This document shows, piece after piece, positions 1-9,084 of a stretch of DNA of 34,318 nt. Positions within the stretch are counted from its first letter, which is position 1; every line of letters starts with the position of its first letter. Both the position numbers and the translations under genes were made by a program. The notes under the pieces are model-generated. The model was not told the DNA's origin and did no database searches. It was given only the letters and a program-made list of their open reading frames with translations. Source of the DNA: Candidatus Pacearchaeota archaeon CG10_big_fil_rev_8_21_14_0_10_32_14 (GTDB lineage Archaea > Nanobdellota > Nanobdellia > Pacearchaeales > GW2011-AR1); the NCBI GenBank assembly GCA_002763085.1, contig PFCY01000075.1:1-34318 (forward strand). Direction: 5' to 3'.

Positions 1-87
1 TCTATTTGTTTATTGTTCATGTTTATACCTCCCAATAAACAAAGATAATTGGATATATAAATCTTGGGGAATAATTAATGTCTTAGG

Positions 88-306
88 CTATAAGATAGCA
101 TATTGAATTTTATAGCATAGAAAATACAATCTTTTTTCACCAAATCTCTTCTCTCGAAAAAATGGAACTTGAAGTGGCTTTCCGATCGTCTCACCTTGTT
201 CATTTAATTGTTCTATTATCTTTCTCACTCTTTGCTTATCAGATTCATCAAGTTTTTCATAATCTCTATCAAATTCGTCAGTCGTAAAGATTCTATACCT
301 CTCCAT
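88..306 (-). CDS. RelE/ParE-superfamily toxin-like small protein
   Basis: 72-aa ORF. Core GKPLQVPFFREKRFGEKRLYFLCY aligns with the interrupted paralog at 33378-33695 (KPLGYKFFREKKFNGKRALFLVY). TATA-like tatttataaatag at 326-338 lies about 26 nt upstream of the start. No antitoxin ORF seen upstream. Confidence 0.5.
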   Translation of the reverse strand: MERYRIFTTDEFDRDYEKLDESDKQRVRKIIEQLNEQGETIGKPLQVPFFREKRFGEKRLYFLCYKIQYAIL

Positions 307-372
307 ATTCTAACTAAGATAGAACTATTTATAAATAATAGTTTACTTTCCAAAATATAAAAAAGAGTCATC

Positions 373-1227
373 ATGTCAACCGTAATAAAAAAATCACGCG
401 CGCCAGTTCGGATCGATTTTGGAGGTGGAACAACCGACATAAAGCCATTCACAGATACGCATGGCGGAGCCGTCCTTAACGCTACAATTAATCATTACGT
501 TTATGGAACTTTGATTGCTTCACCAACTTCAACAAAAGTCGAGTATCATGCTGACATTCCAACATCAAGCGGTCTTGGAACATCTTCAGCTATGAACGTC
601 GTATGGACTTCTCTTATAACTCCATTAAAAGATAAAAAAGAAATTTGCGAATCAGTTTATAAAATTGAACAAGCGACTTCGTCTTCAGCAGTAAACGGCA
701 AACAAGATTTTTATGCAGCAGCCTTCGGCGGAATAAATTATATGGAATTCAAAGGTGACAAAACAACGGTCGAAAGATTAAATCTCGACAAAAAAACCCT
801 GTACGCTCTAGAAAATAATTTAGTTTTAGTTTATTCTGGAATCACGCACCTTTCAGGTTCGTCAAATAAAGCTGCAATTGATAATCTGCTTAAAGGAAAA
901 AACACAAATGAATTAATCGCTTTAAGAGAAATCGCAAAATCAATGAAATCTGCATTACTAAAAAATAATCTTGATAAATTTGCAGAACTTATGAATCAAG
1001 AAACTCGGTTCCGGTCGTTGGTTTCAAAACAAACCGTCTCGCAGCCTCTACAAAAAATAATAGAATCTGGAAAAAAGAACGGGGCTATTTCGGCTAAAGT
1101 TTGCGGGAGTGGAGGCGGGGGAAGTATTTTATTTTATACAAACGATCCAGTTAAGTTAAAAAAATTCTTTAGAAAAAAAGTTATTAATTTTAAGTTTGAT
1201 TTTGAAGGTTTGACTTGGATTAAATGA
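373..1227 (+). CDS. GHMP-family kinase (HddA/fucokinase-like sugar kinase group)
   Basis: 284 aa. N-terminal APVRIDFGGGTTD, GHMP motif II PTSSGLGTSSA, motif III KVCGSGGGGSILFY. Confidence 0.85.
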   Translation: MSTVIKKSRAPVRIDFGGGTTDIKPFTDTHGGAVLNATINHYVYGTLIASPTSTKVEYHADIPTSSGLGTSSAMNVVWTSLITPLKDKKEICESVYKIEQATSSSAVNGKQDFYAAAFGGINYMEFKGDKTTVERLNLDKKTLYALENNLVLVYSGITHLSGSSNKAAIDNLLKGKNTNELIALREIAKSMKSALLKNNLDKFAELMNQETRFRSLVSKQTVSQPLQKIIESGKKNGAISAKVCGSGGGGSILFYTNDPVKLKKFFRKKVINFKFDFEGLTWIK

Positions 1228-1239
1228 ATTTTAATATAA

Positions 1240-1503
1240 TTATAATAGACGTAAATAAGGGGGTCCAAGATATTTTTTTCTAGCTTCATCGTAAGTTATT
1301 CCTTCGCTTTCAGCTAATTCCGTGATCTTCTCATGAAGTTCGTTATAAAAATTATGTTGCGTCCTTCCAATAATTGAAACTAAAGAAACTAATCCACCCA
1401 TGAGCAAATAATCGCTATCATGAGCTATGGCTCCTAACCCTGCAATAGTTCCTCCAGCAACTAATAACCCATCATAAAACGAATAATAACAAAGTTTATT
1501 CAT
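1240..1503 (-). CDS. hypothetical small membrane protein
   Basis: 87-aa ORF with Gly-rich hydrophobic segments (LLVAGGTIAGLGAIA, LLMGGLVSLVSIIG). No family recognised. Confidence 0.4.
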   Translation of the reverse strand: MNKLCYYSFYDGLLVAGGTIAGLGAIAHDSDYLLMGGLVSLVSIIGRTQHNFYNELHEKITELAESEGITYDEARKKYLGPPYLRLL

Positions 1504-1510
1504 TCGTATT

Positions 1511-1840
1511 TTAAAAATAATTTGATCCTAAATAAATTCCTAATCCCATTAAATAAGCGCTAGCTTTCATCCCTTCAAGCGGGTAAGCTAATATTTTTCT
1601 TTTAATATCAGAAACTCCTATAGGAGGTAAATCAAGTTCAGGAAATAATTTTTTAACAATATCCGTTCGAGTAGTATGCCTAAATGTTGATCCGGGTACA
1701 AGTAATATAGACAAAATTTGCTTAAAACTACCTTCGGAATCTAAGTATTCTTGAAGTAAATCCTTTTCTTCTTGAGTATGTCTTGCATCAATAGAATCTG
1801 AATTAATTGCCTCATAGAAAAGTCTACCAAAATATGGCAT
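1511..1840 (-). CDS. hypothetical protein
   Basis: 109-aa ORF directly upstream of 1240-1503 on the same strand, in a different frame. Hydrophobic C-terminus. No family recognised. Confidence 0.4.
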   Translation of the reverse strand: MPYFGRLFYEAINSDSIDARHTQEEKDLLQEYLDSEGSFKQILSILLVPGSTFRHTTRTDIVKKLFPELDLPPIGVSDIKRKILAYPLEGMKASAYLMGLGIYLGSNYF

Positions 1841-1890
1841 ACGCGATGTATCTATTTTTGTTTCTATATCATTTTCTCAAAATCCGCAAT

Positions 1891-1900
1891 ATTTAAAAAT
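1891..1900 (+). promoter_or_regulatory. TATA box (atttaaaaat) for the TrmB-like gene
   Basis: Centred about 29 nt upstream of ATG 1924. A 5-bp hairpin gtccc/gggac (1905-1919) lies between the box and the ATG and is a possible operator. Confidence 0.5.
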
Positions 1901-1923
1901 GAGTGTCCCTCTAAGGGACTACC

Positions 1924-2673
1924 ATGAATGAGATATATAAGATATTTGGACTCAATGAAAACGAAATAAAAGTCTACAAAGCATTGCTGAAATTAAAGAA
2001 AGGAACCAAAACTCCAATAGTTAAAGAATCTGGAGTTTTGTCTTCAAAAGTCTATGAAATTCTCGATAGATTAATCCGAAAAGGTCTTGTTTCCACATTC
2101 ACTGAAAACTCTGTAAAGAATTACGTTCCAGTGCCCGCTTCAAGTATTAAAATTCTTCTTGATGAAAAAATTGAATATATGAATGAACAAAAGAAATCAT
2201 TTGAAAAAAATATAAATAATCTTTTCCCTCAAAATGTAGATTATTTAACAGACGTTCAATTATACAGAGGATGGAACGGACTTAAAAACGTCTTTCACAT
2301 TCTGGCTGGAGATTTGAAAAAAGGTGACACCTATCACATTTTAGGAGTAAATCCTGGAGAAGATATTGACAAATCAATTGAATTCTTTTCTAAAACAGAT
2401 CAATTATTTTTTAGTAAAGACATTAAAATAAAAGCTATCGGTCACAACAAAAGAAAAAAAGAATCAGAATCATTCCTAAAAACGTTCGGCAGAAAAAACT
2501 TTGAAATAAGATATTGTGACCTTGTGGGACCATTCGAAATCGGAATAACCAATAATTTAGTCGTATTATTGTTGCTCGAAAAAAATCCTACAGCGTTTCT
2601 TATAAACAATAAAAAGATAAGAGATTCATTTTACGATTACTTTAATACAATATGGAAAATTTCGAAGAAATGA
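1924..2673 (+). CDS. TrmB-family winged-helix transcriptional regulator
   Basis: 249 aa. The N-terminus FGLNENEIKVYKALLKLKKGTKTPIVKESGVLSSKVYEILDRLIRKGLV is the typical TrmB HTH, followed by a C-terminal effector-type domain. Confidence 0.8.
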   Translation: MNEIYKIFGLNENEIKVYKALLKLKKGTKTPIVKESGVLSSKVYEILDRLIRKGLVSTFTENSVKNYVPVPASSIKILLDEKIEYMNEQKKSFEKNINNLFPQNVDYLTDVQLYRGWNGLKNVFHILAGDLKKGDTYHILGVNPGEDIDKSIEFFSKTDQLFFSKDIKIKAIGHNKRKKESESFLKTFGRKNFEIRYCDLVGPFEIGITNNLVVLLLLEKNPTAFLINNKKIRDSFYDYFNTIWKISKK

Positions 2674-2691
2674 TTTCTCTAAAATATAATC

Positions 2692-2704
2692 ATATTTAAA
2701 AATA
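2692..2704 (+). promoter_or_regulatory. TATA box (atatttaaaaata)
   Basis: Centred about 26 nt upstream of ATG 2724. Confidence 0.5.
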
Positions 2705-2723
2705 AGCTTTTAACTAAATTTTT

Positions 2724-3254
2724 ATGACATGTAAACTCATTGATAAAGCCCAAATTTTTGAACATGAACGATTAACGATGATAGGAATTGCAGGAACAAC
2801 TTCAACTCCATTAAATGATATTGAAGAGCTAATCAGGAAAAGATATGATTCTGCCGAAATTGCAGAAGTCCAAAATCACGAAAAAAGAGATTTTTTAGCT
2901 ACATTCTTTACAGATCCGGTTATAGATTTAACTTTTGATCAATCCAATAAAACCGATACTGGAATTATTGCATATAGTTTAAATAAACAAACCCTTTCAA
3001 AAATTATTGATGATATTGCCTCTTCTATCTCATTTGTTCCTTATGAAAATCAACCCCCATACTGGGAATCCGGATTTGAAATTGAAAAATTGACATACGG
3101 AAAATCTGAGTTGATTTCACAAGTTTTACATCAACCATTGGAAAAAATATTTGGAATAATCAGATATGCAAACTTTCTTTCAATGTATAATGGATTTCCC
3201 CGAGAAAGAGCGCAAACATTAGCATTCAAAAAATTTGATGTTGGTCTTATATAA
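2724..3254 (+). CDS. hypothetical protein
   Basis: 176-aa ORF with its own TATA box. No family recognised. Confidence 0.5.
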   Translation: MTCKLIDKAQIFEHERLTMIGIAGTTSTPLNDIEELIRKRYDSAEIAEVQNHEKRDFLATFFTDPVIDLTFDQSNKTDTGIIAYSLNKQTLSKIIDDIASSISFVPYENQPPYWESGFEIEKLTYGKSELISQVLHQPLEKIFGIIRYANFLSMYNGFPRERAQTLAFKKFDVGLI

Positions 3255-3258
3255 AAAT

Positions 3259-4041
3259 TCAAACTCTTCGTCTTTCAAGCACCTTTCGAGAAAACCATGT
3301 CACAAAATCTCGCGGAGCAAATCGAATTAAAAAAATAGCAAATTTATTTCTCACACCATTTATCGCAACAGATTTCTTTTTTATCATTGATTTATATCCA
3401 TACTCCGCAACTTCTTTAGCAGAAACAAGTTTTATTCCTTTTACAAGCTTTGATTGATTCATATTCGCATGATATTGAAAACCTGATTGCGTCGGTCCAG
3501 GGCATAAAACTGTAACACTCACTCCAGTTCCTTTTAGTTCATTGTTAACCGCCTGTGAAAACGATACAACATATGCTTTGGTCGAATAATATATTGTCAT
3601 TAGAGGTCCAGGCAAAAAACCCGCCATCGACGCGACATTCAGTATCATTCCGTTTTTTCTTGAAACCATATCTTTAGAGAATAACTTCGTTAAATGCGTC
3701 AACGCCACAACATTAAGTTCAATCATCTCTTTTTCTTTTTGCCAATCAGTTTTTATAAATTCTCCATAATCTCCAAAACCCGCATTATTTATCAAAACAT
3801 CAATCTCAATTTTATCATCTTTAATTTTTTTATAAAGTTTAAAAGCAGAATTTTCTCCACTTAAATCAATTTCAAAATAAATTACTTTGACTTTATACTT
3901 ATTTTCAAATTCATCTTTTATTTCTTTTAATTTCTTTTTATTTCTAGACACAAGAACAAGATTGTAACCTTCTCTTCCAAGAATATTAGAAAATTCATAT
4001 CCTATCCCTCTCGACGCGCCAGTGACTAATGCTGTTTTCAT
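3259..4041 (-). CDS. short-chain dehydrogenase/reductase (SDR)
   Basis: 260 aa. TGASRGIG cofactor motif, NNAG, catalytic YSTKAY (YxxxK). Confidence 0.9.
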   Translation of the reverse strand: MKTALVTGASRGIGYEFSNILGREGYNLVLVSRNKKKLKEIKDEFENKYKVKVIYFEIDLSGENSAFKLYKKIKDDKIEIDVLINNAGFGDYGEFIKTDWQKEKEMIELNVVALTHLTKLFSKDMVSRKNGMILNVASMAGFLPGPLMTIYYSTKAYVVSFSQAVNNELKGTGVSVTVLCPGPTQSGFQYHANMNQSKLVKGIKLVSAKEVAEYGYKSMIKKKSVAINGVRNKFAIFLIRFAPRDFVTWFSRKVLERRRV

Positions 4042-4051
4042 GTTTATAGTC

Positions 4052-4693
4052 TCACTTCTTCAAAAGTTTAAACGCGTGATTCCAATTATTATTCTTAAAA
4101 CCATATTCAATCCAAAGTAAAGCAAAAGCTTCAAGTAAAAAAGATTTTGAAAGATCGCCTAAATCAATTACTGATTTCCATCCAAGTTGTTTTGCTATTT
4201 CATCAACTTTTTTCTTTGCTTTCTCATCGTTACCGCAAATCCAAAGATCGGGTTCACCCTCTTCTCTTTTAGGAGAGATCATAATATTCGCGCTTATTGT
4301 ATTAAACGCTTTAACAACCCGACTTCTAGGTAGAATTTTTTGAATTTGTTCTCCTAGAGAATTTCCCTGCGTTGAGAAAAGTTTTGGCGGTACTCCCTTA
4401 GAAGAATCAAGTGCATTAGTGACATCGATTAAAGTTTTTCCTTCAAACTTTTCTTTATCACATTGATTTATAACTTCTAAAACAACATCACCCTTCGTCG
4501 CCAAAAAAATCATCTCTCCATATTTCACAGCTTCATTTGCGGTCCCTATAAATGACCGTTGTGGATTTTTCTTTATCCATTCAACAAGTTTTGATGCATC
4601 CCGTGTTCCTATCATAACTTCATGCCCACAACTTATCAAACCACTTCCTAATTGTTGCCCCACAACACCACTCCCAAGAATCCCAATTTTCAT
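4052..4693 (-). CDS. NAD(P)-binding oxidoreductase, F420-dependent NADP reductase (NpdG/ProC-like) family
   Basis: 213 aa. MKIGILGSGVVGQQLG Rossmann start and overall NpdG-like layout. Confidence 0.75.
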   Translation of the reverse strand: MKIGILGSGVVGQQLGSGLISCGHEVMIGTRDASKLVEWIKKNPQRSFIGTANEAVKYGEMIFLATKGDVVLEVINQCDKEKFEGKTLIDVTNALDSSKGVPPKLFSTQGNSLGEQIQKILPRSRVVKAFNTISANIMISPKREEGEPDLWICGNDEKAKKKVDEIAKQLGWKSVIDLGDLSKSFLLEAFALLWIEYGFKNNNWNHAFKLLKK

Positions 4694-4747
4694 AATAAAT
4701 GTTAGAAAACGTATTTTATATATTTATTGTAAACTATTTTTAAAAAA

Positions 4748-5482
4748 TTAATTAACTTTTTTGGCTAAAATAACAAAATGTGATGCAAGAGTTGGTCGTT
4801 TTGAAAAGATTTTATCTATTTTCAGAACACTCGATGGAAATCCAGATTCATATACCGCACCTTTTACCTCAAGAATCTTAAATCCGTGCATTTCTAAAAT
4901 ATCTTTTAATGCTTCAAGTGTAAATATCCTGACATGCCCTACCGGAACGCTGTCTTTCTTGAATTTCTTTAAAGGTCCGGCCCCAACCAGTTTAGATTTT
5001 GTCGACGGTTCCACAAATAATGGTTGAACTCCCATAGGCACCAGAATTCTATTGAACCAAGCGAGTAAGTTTGGAGTTGAAATAATTAAGTGACCGTCCT
5101 TTTTCAAAATCCTTCCCGCTTCCTCCAAAAAATGATCCGGATTAAAAAGATGTTCAATCACTTCTCCAGCATAAACTACATTAAATTTGTTTGAATTAAA
5201 CGGAAATTTTTCTTCAATATTTCCTTGTTTAACATTCAATCCTCGTTTATTCGCTAAATCAACTTCTTCTTGAGAAAAATCAAGCCCATTACATTTTTGA
5301 GACGGAAAAACTTTCATTACTTTAGATAAAAAAAGTCCATCTCCACACCCAACATCCAAAAACTCTCCATCCCTAAAAACTTTTACTAAAAATCTCATTG
5401 ATTCAATTTCCCTATGTTGAAGCGATCTTTTCTGATCTCTTATTTTACTCCAGTGAGCATAATGATCTATAGTTTTTGACAT
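4748..5482 (-). CDS. class I SAM-dependent methyltransferase
   Basis: 244 aa. Motif I LDVGCGDGLF and post-I LDFS, Methyltransf_11-like. Confidence 0.85.
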   Translation of the reverse strand: MSKTIDHYAHWSKIRDQKRSLQHREIESMRFLVKVFRDGEFLDVGCGDGLFLSKVMKVFPSQKCNGLDFSQEEVDLANKRGLNVKQGNIEEKFPFNSNKFNVVYAGEVIEHLFNPDHFLEEAGRILKKDGHLIISTPNLLAWFNRILVPMGVQPLFVEPSTKSKLVGAGPLKKFKKDSVPVGHVRIFTLEALKDILEMHGFKILEVKGAVYESGFPSSVLKIDKIFSKRPTLASHFVILAKKVN

Positions 5483-5521
5483 TCTAATACAAATCTACTT
5501 TTAATTTTTAAAGATATATGT

Positions 5522-5710
5522 GGGCTTCATCCCATATTACAAAAATTAATTTATTTATAATAGAGATTTTGTTTGGTATTATGGTGGGACTCGATTTGGG
5601 CGAGCAACTTCGTGTTAAGGGGTAAGGTCTTGGTTGGTGGTCGAAGTTGTGTGTTTGGCAAGTTAATTACAAACAAAATCTCACAAAAAAATTTAATTTG
5701 GGATGAGGCC
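5522..5710. repeat. Long imperfect palindromic element with GC-rich core hairpin (repeat family copy 1)
   Basis: Outer arms ggcttcatccca (5523-5534) and tgggatgaggcc (5699-5710). Middle arms gagattttgtttg (5563-5575) and caaacaaaatctc (5670-5682). Core stem 5604-5612/5642-5650. A 30-mer at 5598-5627 matches 23029-23058 at 28/30 positions. Confidence 0.8.
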
Positions 5711-5762
5711 ATATATGTGCAAAAGTTTATAATCAATAAGTTATTATAAAACAAAAGAGAAA

Positions 5763-6149
5763 ATGAAAAAGAGAGTTAAAAAAAATATGAACTTGATCAT
5801 AGGAACTGTACTTCTGATCATAGTATTTATTGTTATCATAATCTTATTTATTTTAAATTTGAAAAATACCTTTTTTGATAATTATGGATATATCAGATAT
5901 GGAAAGGGAGATTTGTATAATTTTTGTCCCAATGAGGATAATCAAATGAATTGTTATATAACTTCTTTTGATAATATGAATATAGATAAGGAAAATTTAA
6001 AATATTATATTGATAATAAAATCCCTATAAGATTAAAGGGTGAATTTAAAACTATAAATAATAATGAACACTATTGTGAAATATCCCAAACTGGATGTGG
6101 TAAATTAGAAATTATTTATGCTAAAAAAATTGAGAAACTTTATGATTAA
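5763..6149 (+). CDS. hypothetical N-terminally membrane-anchored protein
   Basis: 128 aa. Basic N-terminus then TM helix LIIGTVLLIIVFIVIIILFIL. Several Cys in the extracytoplasmic part. Confidence 0.5.
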   Translation: MKKRVKKNMNLIIGTVLLIIVFIVIIILFILNLKNTFFDNYGYIRYGKGDLYNFCPNEDNQMNCYITSFDNMNIDKENLKYYIDNKIPIRLKGEFKTINNNEHYCEISQTGCGKLEIIYAKKIEKLYD

Positions 6150-6150
6150 A

Positions 6151-6903
6151 ATGAAACCAATCAACCTCTCGTCAATAACAAAAAACGGAAAAGCGATTTA
6201 TCTCGCGTACGATCAGGGAATTGAACACGGTCCGGAAGATTTTAACGATAAAAATGTTGATCCTCTTTACATAATAAGCATAGCAAAAAAAGGAAAATTT
6301 AACGGAATTGTTTTCCAGAAGGGAATTGCAGAAAAATATAACCCTGAAATCCTTAAATCAAAAGTTCCCCTAATTGTAAAATTAAACGGAAAAACAAAAT
6401 TGCAAGGCAGCGATCCGATTTCTGAACCAATTTGCACAGTAGACGAAGCCATAAAACTTGGAGCAAAGGCAGTCGGTTTCACAATTTACATCGGAAGTAA
6501 ACACGAATCGCATATGTTTAAACACTTTGCAGAAATAGAAAAACAAGCTCACGCTAAAGGTCTTCCAGTAATTTTATGGTGTTATCCAAAAGGACAAAGC
6601 GTAAAAGACGATTCGTCCAAAGAGATGATGGCTTATGCGGCTCGAACGGGCCTCGAACTCGGCGCAGACATAGTCAAAATAAAATATAATGGTAATCCTT
6701 CTGATTTAAAATGGGCAGTAAAATCTGCCGGAAGATGTAAAGTCGTTATCGCGGGTGGAGTAAAAAAAGAAGGAAATGATTTTATTGAATATACAAAGGG
6801 GCTTATGTCCGCTGGCGCAATTGGTCTAGCAGTTGGAAGAAATGTCTGGCAATCTGACAATCCGTATAAACTTGTAGATGAAATTAAAAATATAATTTTT
6901 TAA
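6151..6903 (+). CDS. archaeal-type class I fructose-bisphosphate aldolase / ADH synthase family (DhnA/FbaB)
   Basis: LAYDQGIEHGP, the Schiff-base region PLIVKLNG, and DIVKIKY are typical of the DhnA family. ATG 6151 is preferred over the ORF-track start 6118 because it does not overlap the upstream ORF. Confidence 0.8.
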   Translation: MKPINLSSITKNGKAIYLAYDQGIEHGPEDFNDKNVDPLYIISIAKKGKFNGIVFQKGIAEKYNPEILKSKVPLIVKLNGKTKLQGSDPISEPICTVDEAIKLGAKAVGFTIYIGSKHESHMFKHFAEIEKQAHAKGLPVILWCYPKGQSVKDDSSKEMMAYAARTGLELGADIVKIKYNGNPSDLKWAVKSAGRCKVVIAGGVKKEGNDFIEYTKGLMSAGAIGLAVGRNVWQSDNPYKLVDEIKNIIF

Positions 6904-6959
6904 TTTTAATATCTTTTAGAGTATAATTATCTTTAAATAAGACCAAGATTTGCAACATT

Positions 6960-7694
6960 ATGAAAAAGGGGCAAATTATTCTTCTGTGCAGTATTTTATT
7001 GATTTCATTATTTGCAATAAATATCTCGGCATCAAGGGATTTTTATTATAGAAACAACTTTGAATCTTACTCATATGGTAATGTAATAAATTATTTTGAC
7101 ATATTTTCGCAGTATCCTCAAAGAGTTAATATCGTTCCAAGAGATAGAGATAAATCATTGTCAATAAATAGTTTATCCCCTTACAACAACGACGGAGATA
7201 TACATATAACATATAATAAATTATTTACCCCGGCTAAAAATGAAAAGTATATAGTCTCTTGGGAATTTGAAGTTGAATCGTGCAACAGCAGCTGGGTTAA
7301 AATAAAAAAAGTTACTCCTCAAGCTTCTTCATTATACTTATATTTCAATAACATTAAAGATTTTTTATCTGTAGAATTCAAAGTTTTCGCCAATAAAGAT
7401 TCGTGTGGAAACGGTAAAGGACAGATATCTGCGTTCAAAAGGACAAATGGAAAAACAACATCGATCATCCCTTACACCTCTTATGATTTTGAACTGAATA
7501 AAAAATTCAAACCTCAAGTTGTTTTAGAAAGGATTAATGAGACAGATTATATCATGACGATATATCTTAAAAATAGAGAGATTGTTTCATCTTCATATAT
7601 TAATATTAAAGAAATAAAACCGGGAAACATTCTTCTTGAAAACGGCGGTGCGAAAACCTACTTTGACGACTTTACAATTAAGAGATATATCTAA
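6960..7694 (+). CDS. hypothetical secreted protein
   Basis: 244 aa. Signal-peptide-like N-terminus MKKGQIILLCSILLISLFAINISA. The C-terminal YFDDFTI is faintly lectin/LamG-like, unverified. Confidence 0.5.
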   Translation: MKKGQIILLCSILLISLFAINISASRDFYYRNNFESYSYGNVINYFDIFSQYPQRVNIVPRDRDKSLSINSLSPYNNDGDIHITYNKLFTPAKNEKYIVSWEFEVESCNSSWVKIKKVTPQASSLYLYFNNIKDFLSVEFKVFANKDSCGNGKGQISAFKRTNGKTTSIIPYTSYDFELNKKFKPQVVLERINETDYIMTIYLKNREIVSSSYINIKEIKPGNILLENGGAKTYFDDFTIKRYI

Positions 7695-7704
7695 TGATTT
7701 ATAT

Positions 7705-8586
7705 TTACAATTTCCAATGCGTATTGACATAACTGCCGAAAATCCTTAATGTTTCATTATATTCTCCATCAGGATCAAGATATTTTCTCAATCTATCTAC
7801 TGCATTCTTCACATTAGCATCATCTTGATGTCCAATTAGTTCAATATAAAAATGATAACCATCGGTCCCATCCGGACGAGATTGAATAGATTCTAAATTA
7901 ATATCATTTTCAGAAAATATTTCTAAACAACTTTTTAAAACTCCAGGTTTATCCTTTACTATTGGATGAATTGCAATAAATGTTTTATCTTCTCCACTCG
8001 AAGTTTGTATTTGTTTCCCAAGCACAATAAATCTAGTTTTATTATGCGGACAAATATTTTCGGCTATGATTTCAAGCCCATTTGATTCAAGCGCACTTTT
8101 CGACGCTATAACTCCTGCATCATAAATTTTTCCATATATTATATCTTCAATCGCTTGAGCGATACTACTCGTAGCAATAGTTTCAACTTTTGGATAAAAT
8201 TGACAAAGATATCTACTGCATTGTTCAAGAGCTTGATCTTTAGATAATATCTTTTCAATTGTTTTATGCTCTTTCAAAGCGCCTAAACAATGGACTATCT
8301 CCATACTCCTTTCGGCAATTATTTTAGTATTTGTATTCTCAAGCAAAGAATCAAGAGTTTCTCTTACTTCACCATTATAATAATTATCTAAAGATACAAC
8401 CCTGTAATCCAAAGATACCGTCTCAACGCCTATAACAACTTTTCTTATTGGAATTATTGGAAAATACTGAACTTCTCCTAAAATCTCTTTTGTCGCTTTC
8501 TCCGTAAACGTCTTAGACGATCCAAGATAGCCAACTTTCAAATTATTTAATAGAATATGTTCATTAAAAAAAGAAAAGACTACCAA
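7705..8586 (-). CDS. pheA: prephenate dehydratase (PDT + ACT domains)
   Basis: 293 aa. VGYLGSSKTFTEKA start, NKTRFIVLG, ACT region KPGVLKSCLEIFSENDINLESIQSRP. The start codon is uncertain (TTG in the ORF track). Confidence 0.8.
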   Translation of the reverse strand: MVVFSFFNEHILLNNLKVGYLGSSKTFTEKATKEILGEVQYFPIIPIRKVVIGVETVSLDYRVVSLDNYYNGEVRETLDSLLENTNTKIIAERSMEIVHCLGALKEHKTIEKILSKDQALEQCSRYLCQFYPKVETIATSSIAQAIEDIIYGKIYDAGVIASKSALESNGLEIIAENICPHNKTRFIVLGKQIQTSSGEDKTFIAIHPIVKDKPGVLKSCLEIFSENDINLESIQSRPDGTDGYHFYIELIGHQDDANVKNAVDRLRKYLDPDGEYNETLRIFGSYVNTHWKL

Positions 8587-8770
8587 CGCTTTTATTCGAC
8601 GTTTCCTCTACATGATTGTTGTTTATACTATGATAATTTTCTTCAATTAAATTAGATATTCTCGAATTATTTAAACGTTTGTATAATAATGACCTCTTGA
8701 AAAAGTGATAAGTTTTCCGTTTTTCCGGTTACAAGTTTTTGGCACGTTCAGCTTAGAAAAAAGTAGGAGA

Positions 8771-9058
8771 TATCCTTACACTAACCTCTAAAAATGATAC
8801 CAAAAATAAAATTTGAATTTTATCTTTATTAAAAGAATTTGGATTAATTTTTTCGTTCGAAAAAATCTCGTTCTCCGTGTCTCATAATTTGTGAGCATTA
8901 ATCTGCGAAGTCGAGCATTTACGTCTTGGCAAATTTTTATATATATCAAGACGTGGATGGGAGTAGAGAGTTTATGACTTGAACAAAATTTCAAATCAAT
9001 AACAAGTCGTGGGCTCGAGCAACAAATAACAGAATAAAAAAAGATTTTCAACAGAGCC
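8771..9058 (+). repeat. Intergenic mosaic repeat, copy A (direct repeat of 10068-10293)
   Basis: Shares the blocks tatccttacac, atttgaattttatct, tttggattaattttt, gagcattaatctgcgaag and aaaaagattttcaacagag, in the same order, with 10068-10293. Contains a perfect 8-bp hairpin acgtcttg/caagacgt (8921-8953). Confidence 0.8.
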
Positions 9059-9084
9059 TATAAAACTGTTGTAAATTTTATTCC

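Noticed and set aside
1-20. Possible 5' end of a minus-strand gene leaving the window (ATG at 20-18 preceded by ggaggt)
   Set aside because: Only 6 codons are visible, so it cannot be called. It might be the partner of the RelE-like gene at 88-306.
4761-5027. Antisense or shadow ORFs inside well-supported genes: 225-452, 4761-5027, 6267-6482, 6633-6860, 9440-9676, 10567-10809, 11031-11246, 11774-11971, 12897-13208, 15560-15790, 15579-15824, 17124-17348, 19524-19742, 22951-23154, 23339-23584, 23780-24025, 24269-24463, 26820-27056, 27441-27749, 29128-29355, 30823-31050, 31047-31364, 31895-32083
   Set aside because: Each overlaps, on the opposite strand or in another frame, a gene with clear family motifs. 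The translations are low-complexity (F/I/L/S/N-rich), as expected from AT-rich antisense frames.
5551-5754. 67-aa ORF from the track
   Set aside because: It lies entirely within the palindromic repeat element 5522-5710. It has odd composition and no promoter or RBS. The region is better explained as non-coding repeat.
8788-9051. 87-aa ORF from the track
   Set aside because: It lies inside repeat copy A. The homologous copy B (10068-10293) has no equivalent ORF, so the frame is not conserved.
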